This document shows positions 27,641 to 36,690 of a DNA stretch of 64,000 bases, one piece after another. The DNA lies in NCBI GenBank assembly GCA_963712275.1, contig CAVQHD010000001.1, positions 32,001 to 96,000 on the forward strand. The letters run 5' to 3'. Numbering within the stretch: the stretch's first letter is position 1; the number at the start of each line of letters is the position of its first letter. The position numbers and the translations under genes were made by a program. The stretch comes from an uncultured Rhabdochlamydiaceae bacterium (GTDB taxonomy: Bacteria; Chlamydiota; Chlamydiia; Chlamydiales; Rhabdochlamydiaceae). Under the pieces are notes generated by a model that ran no database searches, had not been told where the DNA came from, and worked only from the letters and a program-made list of their open reading frames with translations.

Positions 27641-27846
27641 AGGGCATAGGAAATTAGAACAGATGTTTTGAAACTTTTGCTCACTCGGGCTTATTTCCAT
27701 TTCTTCACCACAGAGACACAGTGAGGGAAGAGATTGCACAGAGGAAAAAGTTTTTCCTCTGTGCAATCTCTTCCCTCACTGTGTCTCTGTGGTGAAGAAA
27801 TGGAAATAAGCCCGAGTGAGCAAAAGTTTCAAAACATCTGTTCTAA
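27641..27846. mobile_element. Perfect palindrome element, family C, copy 1
   Basis: 27654-27846 is a perfect palindrome with 96-bp arms around one base (27750); left terminus GGGCATAGGAAATTAG; homologous copy at 49961-50156. Confidence 0.85.
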
Positions 27847-29637
27847 ATAACGAGAAAGGGCAATTAAATGATAAAACGCTGCAGGCGCAGACTGTTCCAT
27901 CACAGGTTTAGAAGCCTTTAAAATATCTTCAGCTTGCTTGATAAACCGATCCTGCCCTGTCATCGCATAAAGACGGAGAAGATTTTCGGCATGGACTGCA
28001 TTCCCCGACGGCTCTGCTCCATCATAAAAATCGCACTTTCGAATCGGCAGAAGTCCATTTCCATCAGTTTGGTAAAACGCCCCATCAATCTCTTTAAAAT
28101 CACGCGTTAAAATGTCAGAGAGTTCGATAGCCCAGTGGAGGTAAGACTCCCCTGCCCCCTGCTCAAAAAGCGTCAAGAGTCCTTTGATCAGAAAAGCGTA
28201 ATCCTCTAAAAGTCCATTAAACCGGCTTTCCCCTTCACACCAACGATGAAGAAGCTTGCCCTCTTTCCAGAGCTCTTTTTGCAAAAATGCCACAGCCTGC
28301 TTTGCTGCTTGGGTGTACTTTGGCTCTTCAAGAAAGCTCCCTCCAAGCGCAAGCGCATCAATGGCAAGCCCATTCCAAGATGTGAGAATTTTTTCATCCC
28401 GGGTCGGCCGAGGACGGGTCTGCCGATTTTCGAAAAGCGTCCTTTTCGCTCTGTTTAGACTTGCTTTCACCTCATCAACCGGTACCTGGGCAGCTCTCGC
28501 AAAGTCCTCTAGAGGAAGGTCGATATGAAGCACGCTGCGCCCTTCAAAATTTCCAAGGGACGTCACATCGTAAAATGCACAAAATAGATCCGCGTCGTCT
28601 CCCGGAATGATCTTTTGTACCTCTTCAGGTGTCCAGGTATAGAAAACCCCTTCTTTTCCTTCCGTATCTGCATCTTCACCTGCAAAAAAAGCTCCTTCAG
28701 GATGCATGAGATCCCGTAAGATGTAGTCTAAAATTTCACGAGCGGTTTGCTGATAAAGAAGATCGCCTGTGCACTTCCACACCTGCAAGTAAGTGCGGGC
28801 TAAAATACTGTTATCGTAGAGCATTTTTTCAAAATGTGGAATCGTCCATTCTTCATCCACAGCGTATCTCGCAAACCCTCCTCCTAGATGGTCGTAAATG
28901 CCTCCTCGCTGCATAGCACCTAGCGTCAATGTGACATAGTAAAGAGCGCGGCTATCAAAGCGACGCTTCGACCACCAGAGTAAAAACTCCGCTTGAAATC
29001 CTAAAGGAAATTTAGACGCTCCTTTGAGCCCTCCATAGATGGGATCTGCCAGCTGAAAAAAAGTGGCGACTGCAGCTTCAAGAATGGATTCAGTTGGAAG
29101 CTCGCTCCCCGTTGCATTTGCCGACCTGCCAAACGCTTCAACCAGCTGATCCGCTTGTAGAAGAAGCTCTTTCCTCTCAGGACCATCCCAAAGCTCTTTC
29201 ACTTGAACAAGCAGGTCGGTAATGCAAGGAAGGCCCTTCATCGGCTTCAGAGGAAGGTACGTCGAAGCAAAGAGCGGTTTTAAGTCGGGTGTTAAAATCA
29301 AGTTCAGCGGCCACCCTGCAGGGCCTCCCATCATGGTTTGCGCAAAATCCATATAGAGACTATCCACTTCAGGATGCTCTTCCCGATCGACTTTAATGGA
29401 AATAAAATGGTCATTTAAATAGCTGCCAACCTCTTTGTCGGAAAATGCTTCTCGCTCCATCACATGGCACCAGTGGCATGTCGAATATCCAATCGAAAGA
29501 AAGACAGGGCGATTTAACTCTTGCGCCTTTTGACAAGGCTCATCTCCCCATGGATACCAATCAATCGGGTTACGGGCATGCTGTTGAAGATAGGGGGATT
29601 TTTCGTGGACCAGTCGATTTGAGAACGAGCCCGTCAC
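27829..29637 (-). CDS. YyaL/DUF255 thioredoxin-domain protein, C-terminally truncated by the family C element
   Basis: [65 protein letters not shown] start overlaps rodZ stop; last codons LEQMF* come from the palindrome. Confidence 0.85.
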   Translation of the reverse strand: MTGSFSNRLVHEKSPYLQQHARNPIDWYPWGDEPCQKAQELNRPVFLSIGYSTCHWCHVMEREAFSDKEVGSYLNDHFISIKVDREEHPEVDSLYMDFAQTMMGGPAGWPLNLILTPDLKPLFASTYLPLKPMKGLPCITDLLVQVKELWDGPERKELLLQADQLVEAFGRSANATGSELPTESILEAAVATFFQLADPIYGGLKGASKFPLGFQAEFLLWWSKRRFDSRALYYVTLTLGAMQRGGIYDHLGGGFARYAVDEEWTIPHFEKMLYDNSILARTYLQVWKCTGDLLYQQTAREILDYILRDLMHPEGAFFAGEDADTEGKEGVFYTWTPEEVQKIIPGDDADLFCAFYDVTSLGNFEGRSVLHIDLPLEDFARAAQVPVDEVKASLNRAKRTLFENRQTRPRPTRDEKILTSWNGLAIDALALGGSFLEEPKYTQAAKQAVAFLQKELWKEGKLLHRWCEGESRFNGLLEDYAFLIKGLLTLFEQGAGESYLHWAIELSDILTRDFKEIDGAFYQTDGNGLLPIRKCDFYDGAEPSGNAVHAENLLRLYAMTGQDRFIKQAEDILKASKPVMEQSAPAAFYHLIALSRYLEQMF

Positions 29638-30041
29638 AAGACTCCTAAAAACTTGGCCAGATACCAAGCAAGCACTAAAATAACCGCAGAAAGAGCTGCC
29701 CAAAGAATGTTCGGCAGCCACCTCACCCCACTATTTTGACTTCCTCGCATTTCAAGAGTGCCGATTCCATAGGAAAAGTCATGCTTCTCCCCCACTGTTT
29801 GAAATGGCGCAGGGTGGTGTTGCATCAGCTCTTGCAATTCAAATCCTAGAAAAGTGGCATATTGCTTTAAAAACCCTTGCGCATAAACTCCTGCCAGCAG
29901 ATTTGCCGCTGTCCCATTTTCAATCGCTTCGAGATACGACTGACGAATAGATGTCGCATTTTCTACCTCTTTCAGTGAGAGGTTTTTCTCCTGACGCTTT
30001 GATTTAAGAGTCTCTCCAAGCCGTCTGTGCTCTTCTGTCAT
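29634..30041 (-). CDS. rodZ: RodZ-like XRE HTH membrane protein
   Basis: [42 protein letters not shown]-terminal TM helix. Confidence 0.8.
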   Translation of the reverse strand: MTEEHRRLGETLKSKRQEKNLSLKEVENATSIRQSYLEAIENGTAANLLAGVYAQGFLKQYATFLGFELQELMQHHPAPFQTVGEKHDFSYGIGTLEMRGSQNSGVRWLPNILWAALSAVILVLAWYLAKFLGVL

Positions 30042-30109
30042 CGTTTACCTCAGAATTATGTCAATAAGCGCAGTATATCCCAATGCCCTGTCGCAAAGCA
30101 AGCAGACCG

Positions 30110-30351
30110 TTCACCTACCCCCATTAGAGGAAAAAAGATCGGGCAAGGGAACGGACACGGTAACGTTCACGAAAGAAGCCCCCTGAGCTATTTTCGCTAA
30201 CATCGAGGCGGGGCGTATCAGCAATTCAGACCCTTGCTATACTGCGCTTCTTGTACCGGACACAGTCTTCAGCCTTTTCTTTCGTGAACGTTACCGTGCC
30301 CGTTCCCTTGCCCGATCTTTTTTCCTCTAATGGGAGTAGGTGAATAGTTAC
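30110..30351. mobile_element. Palindromic MITE-like element, family A, copy 2 (inverted; left end clipped)
   Basis: Arms AAAAAAGATCGGGCAAGGGAACGG...TTCACGAAAG / CTTTCGTGAAC...CCCGATCTTTTTT; spacer partly homologous to the reverse complement of the copy-1 spacer. Confidence 0.8.
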
Positions 30352-30522
30352 GAATTTAATATATTTCAGACTAATTATCAGCAACTTAAGACTTAACTGC
30401 AATAGTTCGCATTAAAATAATTGTTTTATTATAAATCTTGATTGTTTATATTAAAGATAGGCGACTGTTTATTTCCGTGCAGCCTTGTTATAACAAAACT
30501 AAAACAAATTAAGAGGAAATAT

Positions 30523-30639
30523 ATGAAAAGAACGATGTCCTTAAAACATTTTAGACGAAGAAAAGCTCTACTTGCTAAAAAACTCAATGCTGTTTCTAAA
30601 GATCTCCACAGACTCTCTTTCCACATCAGACATTGGTAA
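30523..30639 (+). CDS. Small basic protein, 38 aa (MKRTMSLKHFRRRKALLAKKLNAVSKDLHRLSFHIRHW)
   Basis: RBS AAGAGG upstream, strong hairpin directly downstream. Confidence 0.5.
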   Translation: MKRTMSLKHFRRRKALLAKKLNAVSKDLHRLSFHIRHW

Positions 30640-30650
30640 TACCGCTTTAA

Positions 30651-30693
30651 CATTTGAGGTCAGGACTCTCCATAAAGAGCCTGACCTCAAATG
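30651..30693. terminator. Hairpin/terminator between convergent genes
   Basis: CATTTGAGGTCAGG...CCTGACCTCAAATG 14-bp perfect stem. Confidence 0.65.
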
Positions 30694-30733
30694 CCTTCAG
30701 TGAGATCCGATGATCTTAGCATAGAGCGCTGAA

Positions 30734-32068
30734 TCATTCGTTAGGAGAACGCCTTCCGTTAAAAGAGCCTTCTCCAGAAACCCTCTTTAAAGAAAGCTTC
30801 ATTTCCTCAGAAGAGCTCATCAATAAAGCATATCTCTCTTCTCCTTCCTTAAACAGAAGCCCTTTGTAAAGGTCTTTTTCCCATGTTAGATTCCATACAA
30901 AACCCATCGGGTTGCGCCGCATAAAAAAGTGGGTCAGTCCCGACTTTACTTCCTTTCTTTGAGTCGATCGAATCCATTGATCGATTTGACTTTTTTCAGC
31001 TTTATCGATGCCATAGATGATGAGCCTCTGTTTGGGCTGTAGGTTGAAAGAAGAACGGTGATAGGCAAACTGGCCAAGATCTGTAAGGCTGGTATAAATA
31101 TCCCCAAATTCTGTCATCAATGTAAAGCCATCTTTGGAGACAATTTCTATCCAATCTTCATCCCATTTAGCGTCAACCCCCGCTATTCCGCAGGCGTCTA
31201 TCCTCATTGTTTTTCCCAAAGGTACGACTATTTGATTCAAGACAAATTTAACATAACTTCGTATCGGGGGAAAAACATGAGGATATTCTTTTTCTAAATC
31301 TAAAAGGGCTTTATCGTGAATTCTCAAGATTTGATTAGGAAGAATCTCCATCTTCCCTTTCATCTTCATGTACGATCGAAAACCCTCTATGCTGAATAAA
31401 AACGTTGGAGGTTCGGTCAAAGAAAGGGTCATTCCATGATGAGCTCGAATCGTAAAACATCTCTGCCCAGCCGCGCTTCCATAGGTCGTCCATCCACTAG
31501 AAACAGTGCAGTTAGTATCCTCACTTCCAAAGCTAAGATTTAATGTAAACCCTAGAGGAACTCTCCGATTGAAAACTTTTTCGATGTTTTTTTGAATAGA
31601 TGATTCTAATTCATATTCCTTTTCTGTTCTCCCAAGAATGACCAGTTCTTGATTTGGGGCAAACTCTACCTTAGAAATGGAAAAAGCAATCATGGTCTTG
31701 AAAAGCTCTGAGAGATGCGTATAAATCGCCTCTTTTTGCGCTATCACTGCCATCCCCGCTGAACACCTAAGAAAAATGTTGTTTGCAATATGATAATTAA
31801 TTCTTCCTGGGGCATCGAACTGAAATGTGATTGTTTTAGCCAGTGGAAGAGCTATTTTGTTTAGAATCTGAAATATGAGTTGTGTTGCCTCATCCGGTGC
31901 AACATCAAAAAGATTTTTATCTAAATTCGTTAGAACCGAAATATTTCGCACTTCCAACGGCTGATTAGGAGGAATGAAAAGCGCATCATGCTCTCGGAAG
32001 TAATCTTGGAAAGCTTGAATCGAAGTAAAACAGCTACCTGCTAAAACATTTTTCGGAATGATATTCAC
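30734..32068 (-). CDS. Hypothetical protein with four tandem ~105-aa repeats
   Basis: Recurrent PNQ.L.I and P(L/M)(G/A)(K/F)T motifs four times. Confidence 0.65.
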   Translation of the reverse strand: MNIIPKNVLAGSCFTSIQAFQDYFREHDALFIPPNQPLEVRNISVLTNLDKNLFDVAPDEATQLIFQILNKIALPLAKTITFQFDAPGRINYHIANNIFLRCSAGMAVIAQKEAIYTHLSELFKTMIAFSISKVEFAPNQELVILGRTEKEYELESSIQKNIEKVFNRRVPLGFTLNLSFGSEDTNCTVSSGWTTYGSAAGQRCFTIRAHHGMTLSLTEPPTFLFSIEGFRSYMKMKGKMEILPNQILRIHDKALLDLEKEYPHVFPPIRSYVKFVLNQIVVPLGKTMRIDACGIAGVDAKWDEDWIEIVSKDGFTLMTEFGDIYTSLTDLGQFAYHRSSFNLQPKQRLIIYGIDKAEKSQIDQWIRSTQRKEVKSGLTHFFMRRNPMGFVWNLTWEKDLYKGLLFKEGEERYALLMSSSEEMKLSLKRVSGEGSFNGRRSPNE

Positions 32069-32595
32069 GTGTTACTCCGATCGCATGCCTGTGCATAACA
32101 TGGGCAATTTGATCCATGATTAAATGATTGGAGCTCCCACATTTTTTCATTTAAGGAGCGCAAAGGATGGTTTTGGCGGCTGCTATTTGCAAAATTTTCA
32201 GTTAAAATAGTTCTATAGAGCCTTTGAAATATTTTCGCCTGTACATAGGTGTCAGGATGATGACATACCGACCACAAACGACTTTCTCCCGCATAAGGCT
32301 TAATCGTTTCCTCTGAAAGTTGGATGCACCGCTGAATAATCGTTAAAATATCTGAGATATATTGGAACTGTAATACCCCAAGGGTAAAATGGGTCTCTGT
32401 AGTGCACTGAGAAAAGGTAGAGTCTTTTGCTAATTTTTTTAAAACTGCAAATGCAACACTGCCTAAAGCTTCATCTGTGATTTGATCAAAAAGCTTAAAC
32501 TTTTCTACCGGGTCGCGGGTTCTCTCTAGCATCTTTTTACGAGCATCCCAGAGCTCACTGCCGACCCACGTATTTCCTTTTATTTTAGTTGCCAT
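32065..32595 (-). CDS. Hypothetical protein
   Basis: 176-aa ORF translationally coupled to the next gene (4-nt overlap). Confidence 0.6.
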   Translation of the reverse strand: MATKIKGNTWVGSELWDARKKMLERTRDPVEKFKLFDQITDEALGSVAFAVLKKLAKDSTFSQCTTETHFTLGVLQFQYISDILTIIQRCIQLSEETIKPYAGESRLWSVCHHPDTYVQAKIFQRLYRTILTENFANSSRQNHPLRSLNEKMWELQSFNHGSNCPCYAQACDRSNT

Positions 32596-32726
32596 AGGAT
32601 CCTAATTAGGTGGGGTGTCGTTGACAAAAGCATAGCTGAGAGTAAAAAACCTCCTCATTTTTCAGCAAGAGCAAAGAGGCATGAGCCTACCCAATATTTT
32701 GGAAATAAGGCATACTTAATTCCATT

Positions 32727-33779
32727 ATGAAAACAAAAATTCTTCTATCTATAACTTTTTTATTTATACTTTTGGGCAACCTGCCCTCGTTTGCAGAGGA
32801 ACGAGAAAAAAATACCCCCCTTTCTATCTTGATCATTGGAGGAGGGCCTGCGGGTCTTGCAACAGCCATCGAAGCTAAAGCCCATGGGTGCATTGCGACC
32901 GTGGTAGAGAAAAGAGAGTCCTATTCAAGGTCTCAATGGCTTTTTCTGCTCGATCCTTCCTTAAAATTATTAGAAAAATGGAGTGTGAGTACCCCTCAAA
33001 TGAGAGTTGCCGACCTGGGTGATGGCGAGTGTCTGGGCATTGTCCGCATTAAACATTTGGAAGAACAACTTGAAAAAAGAGCCCAAGAGTTAGAGGTGAA
33101 GAAAATTTTCGGGGAGTTTCAAGGTTTTGGATCAGACCAAACAGCTGTCATTGTCACTCCTGAGAAGAACGAACGACTCATACCCTACGACATCATTGTT
33201 GGTGCTGATGGATCACACAGCCGAGTAAGAGAAGCTTTGGGTATCGAAAAGAATTGTTTAGGCACTGCAGTCGGTGCTTTTGCACTTATTTCAGATCCTA
33301 CAGATCCCTCAACAGACATAGATATTTCGCCTCCTATAAAAGAAAAGGATGTGTTTCTCAGAAGAATCAAAGTGCCATCCACGAGCATCCTCTTTATACA
33401 AGCCCCTCTCAGCGCTTCAAAAACCAAGCTCCAAGAAGCCCTTACCGCGCAAGGATGGATCAAAGAAGCTAAGGCTGTCGAAGAGAATAAGGCGTTTGTC
33501 GCTACCGATATTGATATTTTTCTCCAGCAAGCTCAAACTTTTTCAAATGAGCAAAAATCGGCTGTATTGGTGGGCGATGCCGCCGCCTCGGCGAGCTTTT
33601 TTCAAGGACTGGGAGCCAATACTGCCCTTAAAACTGCAGAGATCGGCGGCCACTTTTTTAAAGAGATCCAGACACACAATCAAACCGCTTTCCAAAATTT
33701 CAACCAGGCAATGAAAGAAACGACAGACGCCTTAATTGAAGACAGCGCGTTTTTATTCGGCCTTGATCATTCAAATTAA
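32727..33779 (+). CDS. FAD-dependent monooxygenase-like protein with signal peptide
   Basis: IIGGGPAGL, VVEKR, IVGADGSHSRVRE, LVGDAA...FFQGLGAN. Confidence 0.8.
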   Translation: MKTKILLSITFLFILLGNLPSFAEEREKNTPLSILIIGGGPAGLATAIEAKAHGCIATVVEKRESYSRSQWLFLLDPSLKLLEKWSVSTPQMRVADLGDGECLGIVRIKHLEEQLEKRAQELEVKKIFGEFQGFGSDQTAVIVTPEKNERLIPYDIIVGADGSHSRVREALGIEKNCLGTAVGAFALISDPTDPSTDIDISPPIKEKDVFLRRIKVPSTSILFIQAPLSASKTKLQEALTAQGWIKEAKAVEENKAFVATDIDIFLQQAQTFSNEQKSAVLVGDAAASASFFQGLGANTALKTAEIGGHFFKEIQTHNQTAFQNFNQAMKETTDALIEDSAFLFGLDHSN

Positions 33780-33819
33780 ACAAGCCTATAATTTTGCTGA
33801 CAGCGTATAAGAAGGATAG

Positions 33820-34809
33820 ATGAAAATAGCGCTGTTTGATGCAAAATCTTATGACAAAGAGTTTTTCAATGCAGCCAATGCCTCTTATGGCTTCAAAATT
33901 AAGTATTTTGAATCTCATTTGACATCTGATACGAGCTCCCTCGCCCAAGGGCATAAAGCTGTTTGCATCTTTGTCAATGACAAAATCACGGCGGAAGTGA
34001 TTGACAATTTGTGCCATCAAGGCGTAGAGCTTATCGCATTGAGGTGTGCTGGCTATAATAACGTTGATCTTAAAGCAGCTTCCCAAAGAATTAAAGTTGT
34101 TAGAGTTCCCTCTTATTCTCCGCATGCGGTTGCCGAATATGCCGTGGGAATGATGCTTTGTCTAAACAGACAAATCCACCGCGCCTACTGGAGAATAAGA
34201 GAAAATAATTTTAGCATCGCAGGTCTACTTGGTTTTGACATGCATGGAAAGACCGTAGGGGTGATTGGATGTGGACAAATCGGTTCGGTCATTGTAGGAG
34301 TCTTGAAAGGTTTTGGGATGAAAGTGCTTGGCTACGACATCGACAAATCACGGGTGGAAAAATCGGGCTGTTTCTATACAGATCTGCCAACTCTTTACAA
34401 AGAAAGCGATATCATCACCTTGCATTGCCCGCTGACCCCCGAGAATATGCATATGATCAATCAAGATTCCATTGCGCAGATGAAAGAAGGAGTTATGCTC
34501 ATCAATACAGGCAGAGGACAGCTGATTGATACAACTGCACTGATTGCGGCCCTAAAATCCAAGAAAATAGGAGCGGCCGGGTTGGATGTCTACGAAGAAG
34601 AGAGCAAGTATTTCTACGAAGATTTTTCGGTATCTTTCATTCCTGATGATGTTTTGGCTCGTCTGCAGACGTTCCCCAATGTTTTGATCACTTCACACCA
34701 AGCTTTTTTCACAAAAGAAGCAATGCACAACATCGCTCATACAACCCTGGAAAACATAAAGGCCTACCGTGATGGGAAACCTTTAACTCATGAAATTAGG
34801 GTGTCTTAG
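33820..34809 (+). CDS. ldhA: D-lactate dehydrogenase (2-hydroxyacid dehydrogenase)
   Basis: ALRCAGYNNVDL, VPSYSPHAVAE, GVIGCGQIG, LHCPL, INTGRG, LDVYEEE, TSHQAFFT. Confidence 0.9.
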   Translation: MKIALFDAKSYDKEFFNAANASYGFKIKYFESHLTSDTSSLAQGHKAVCIFVNDKITAEVIDNLCHQGVELIALRCAGYNNVDLKAASQRIKVVRVPSYSPHAVAEYAVGMMLCLNRQIHRAYWRIRENNFSIAGLLGFDMHGKTVGVIGCGQIGSVIVGVLKGFGMKVLGYDIDKSRVEKSGCFYTDLPTLYKESDIITLHCPLTPENMHMINQDSIAQMKEGVMLINTGRGQLIDTTALIAALKSKKIGAAGLDVYEEESKYFYEDFSVSFIPDDVLARLQTFPNVLITSHQAFFTKEAMHNIAHTTLENIKAYRDGKPLTHEIRVS

Positions 34810-34917
34810 AGGGTGTTCAGATAGATTGAGCAGAATTCACTTAGATTCCAGTAAATTGCGGAAAAATCAAAGAGCGTTGTTTTCAAAGAAAAATCACAAC
34901 TTTAGAAAAGGAACCTA

Positions 34918-35035
34918 TGCACAATTCGTGCATAATTCAAACTCACTGAAAATCAATAAATTATGACAAATCCTGGGTCTTCATGCGAGAGTCTGTGCAT
35001 AATTCGTGCATAATTCAAATTCGCTAACAATCAAT
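34918..35035. repeat. Two 40-bp imperfect direct repeats, 78 bp apart
   Basis: TGCACAATTCGTGCATAATTCAAACTCACTGAAAATCAAT (34918-34957) and TGCATAATTCGTGCATAATTCAAATTCGCTAACAATCAAT (34996-35035). Confidence 0.7.
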
Positions 35036-35194
35036 CTCAGGACAATTTCGGTGACAACGAGTGCCACGGAGCACCAAGTGTTGAAGGGGATGTAGGAAGC
35101 CTGGAGAGTGGTCCAGGGAATGTAGGAGTTAACGAGGGTTAAATTCATGACAAAAGTTTTACCAAATTGCCCCTTAACTAATCAAAGCAAGAAA

Positions 35195-36613
35195 TCAATC
35201 GCTCCCTGAGCTTCTTGACAGTGTTAGCCAGCTCCTTAGTTGCTCTGGAGTAATTCCAAGGCCGAAAAGACGGCTCTGATTGATTTCGTTGAGATCTTCT
35301 ATCACATCTTCAAAAAATAGCTCTCGATCTTCTTTTTTCACCCATTTTAAAGTTTGGGATGAAAGGTAGTCATTCATCACTTTTCCAACTAAACGGTTCA
35401 GAATGATCTCTCGGATAAGAGCACGCCGCTGCCCTCGATAACGGACTCGCACCTCATCAAAATTGATTGCCTTCACTGTCTCGTCATACATTGCACAGGT
35501 GCGCTGGTAAGAGAATAGGTACAAATCCAACATCGGACGGATCTCTTGCAGCTCATAGATTGCAATGACTGCAGAGATATAATCTTCTCTTTCAACATCG
35601 TTAAACGACAAGGGAACAAGGTTATTTTTGATCAGAGGAATATTAGCGCTGAGCCTTGCAGTGCGCTTGTTGACATCTAAAAACGGCTGTAAATAAGCCA
35701 TATGGACCAGCAAGAAGAGGCTTTGCTCATAAGGGTCCTGAATGAGTGCGGCCTTTTCGATAAGACGGCTAAGCTCCATTTCCAATTGTTTTGGATTTTC
35801 GAACGGGATATACGTTGAGCCTCCTACGCGAACTCCCTGGTCTCTGACTTTTCCAGTATATCGAGGCTCTATCAATCCATCTGAAAGAAGATAATGCAGA
35901 GTACAAATGGTCTCTTTATCGACTTTTAATCGAGGCGCAGAGTCCACCAAGTATCGAATCGCTTCTTTATGGTTTAAGATCATGACCTTTTCCTCTTCAA
36001 GCTTCCCTTCCGCGCCCTTTCCTTCAAGAAGAAGTTTCTGCGTGTCGAGTAAAGAGTAGGTATTGCCTTCTAGCCTCGATGAGTTATACGAAAGATCGAT
36101 CAGCAACCGATTAAAGATTTGATGGGCGTAAGTCCCCGCTGGCTCTTGACGCTTTGACCGTTTTCCCGCTGTGTATAATTGAGATCTAACTTCCAAGGGA
36201 ATATAGAAACTTTCATTGGGCTGGTAGGCATCAACCCAATGGTCAGCATAGGAAACAGGCCTCCGTTCGTAAAGGGGACGTCTTACACGCTCAATAATTT
36301 TTTTACTTTCTGACCCAAAGCACTGATTGACCTGGGTCCGTGGCTGTATAAGTTCTTTTGATTCTGCGAAAAAAAGTTCTGAGGACGTGATCGGCCAGAC
36401 AGTTGGTGGGATCCATTTGTACCGTGTTGCACGTTTGTTTCCAAATCTTTCGATGAGCCCCTCTTTAACCATTGCAGCCATCCACCGTCTTACACTTCGT
36501 TCAGCATACCCGCCTCCCAGCTTGATCATTAATTTCTTTAAACTGATCGGCTCCCTCTCTTGACTGAGCTGATATGTTACGGCCACTTTCTTATCTCGCA
36601 ACTTCATAAACAT
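35195..36613 (-). CDS. Fic family protein with N-terminal winged-HTH
   Basis: YNSSRLEGNT, ILNHKEAI, YLQPFLDVNKRTARL (Fic motif variant); N-terminal ERSVRRW...KEGLIER.G..RATRY. Confidence 0.88.
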   Translation of the reverse strand: MFMKLRDKKVAVTYQLSQEREPISLKKLMIKLGGGYAERSVRRWMAAMVKEGLIERFGNKRATRYKWIPPTVWPITSSELFFAESKELIQPRTQVNQCFGSESKKIIERVRRPLYERRPVSYADHWVDAYQPNESFYIPLEVRSQLYTAGKRSKRQEPAGTYAHQIFNRLLIDLSYNSSRLEGNTYSLLDTQKLLLEGKGAEGKLEEEKVMILNHKEAIRYLVDSAPRLKVDKETICTLHYLLSDGLIEPRYTGKVRDQGVRVGGSTYIPFENPKQLEMELSRLIEKAALIQDPYEQSLFLLVHMAYLQPFLDVNKRTARLSANIPLIKNNLVPLSFNDVEREDYISAVIAIYELQEIRPMLDLYLFSYQRTCAMYDETVKAINFDEVRVRYRGQRRALIREIILNRLVGKVMNDYLSSQTLKWVKKEDRELFFEDVIEDLNEINQSRLFGLGITPEQLRSWLTLSRSSGSD

Positions 36614-36672
36614 CCCTTATACGGCCAATTTTAAGCTAAATACGGCCACTTTTCAAGGGTTTTCGGCCAAAT
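36579..36672. promoter_or_regulatory. Phased CGGCCA(A/C) direct-repeat array (putative autoregulatory operator of the Fic gene)
   Basis: CGGCCA at 36580, 36622, 36643, 36664 (spacing 42/21/21). Confidence 0.55.
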
Positions 36673-36690
36673 CTAGCCGATAAGCTGTGA

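Noticed and set aside
30523..30639. Ribosomal protein L34 (rpmH)
   Set aside because: Only MKRT matches; it lacks the QP...R...HGF.RM.T..GR motifs.
34982..35149. Minus-strand ~55-aa ORF MNLTLVNSYIPWTTLQASYIPF...
   Set aside because: No clear RBS or recognisable motif, and it runs into the repeat region; cannot be supported.
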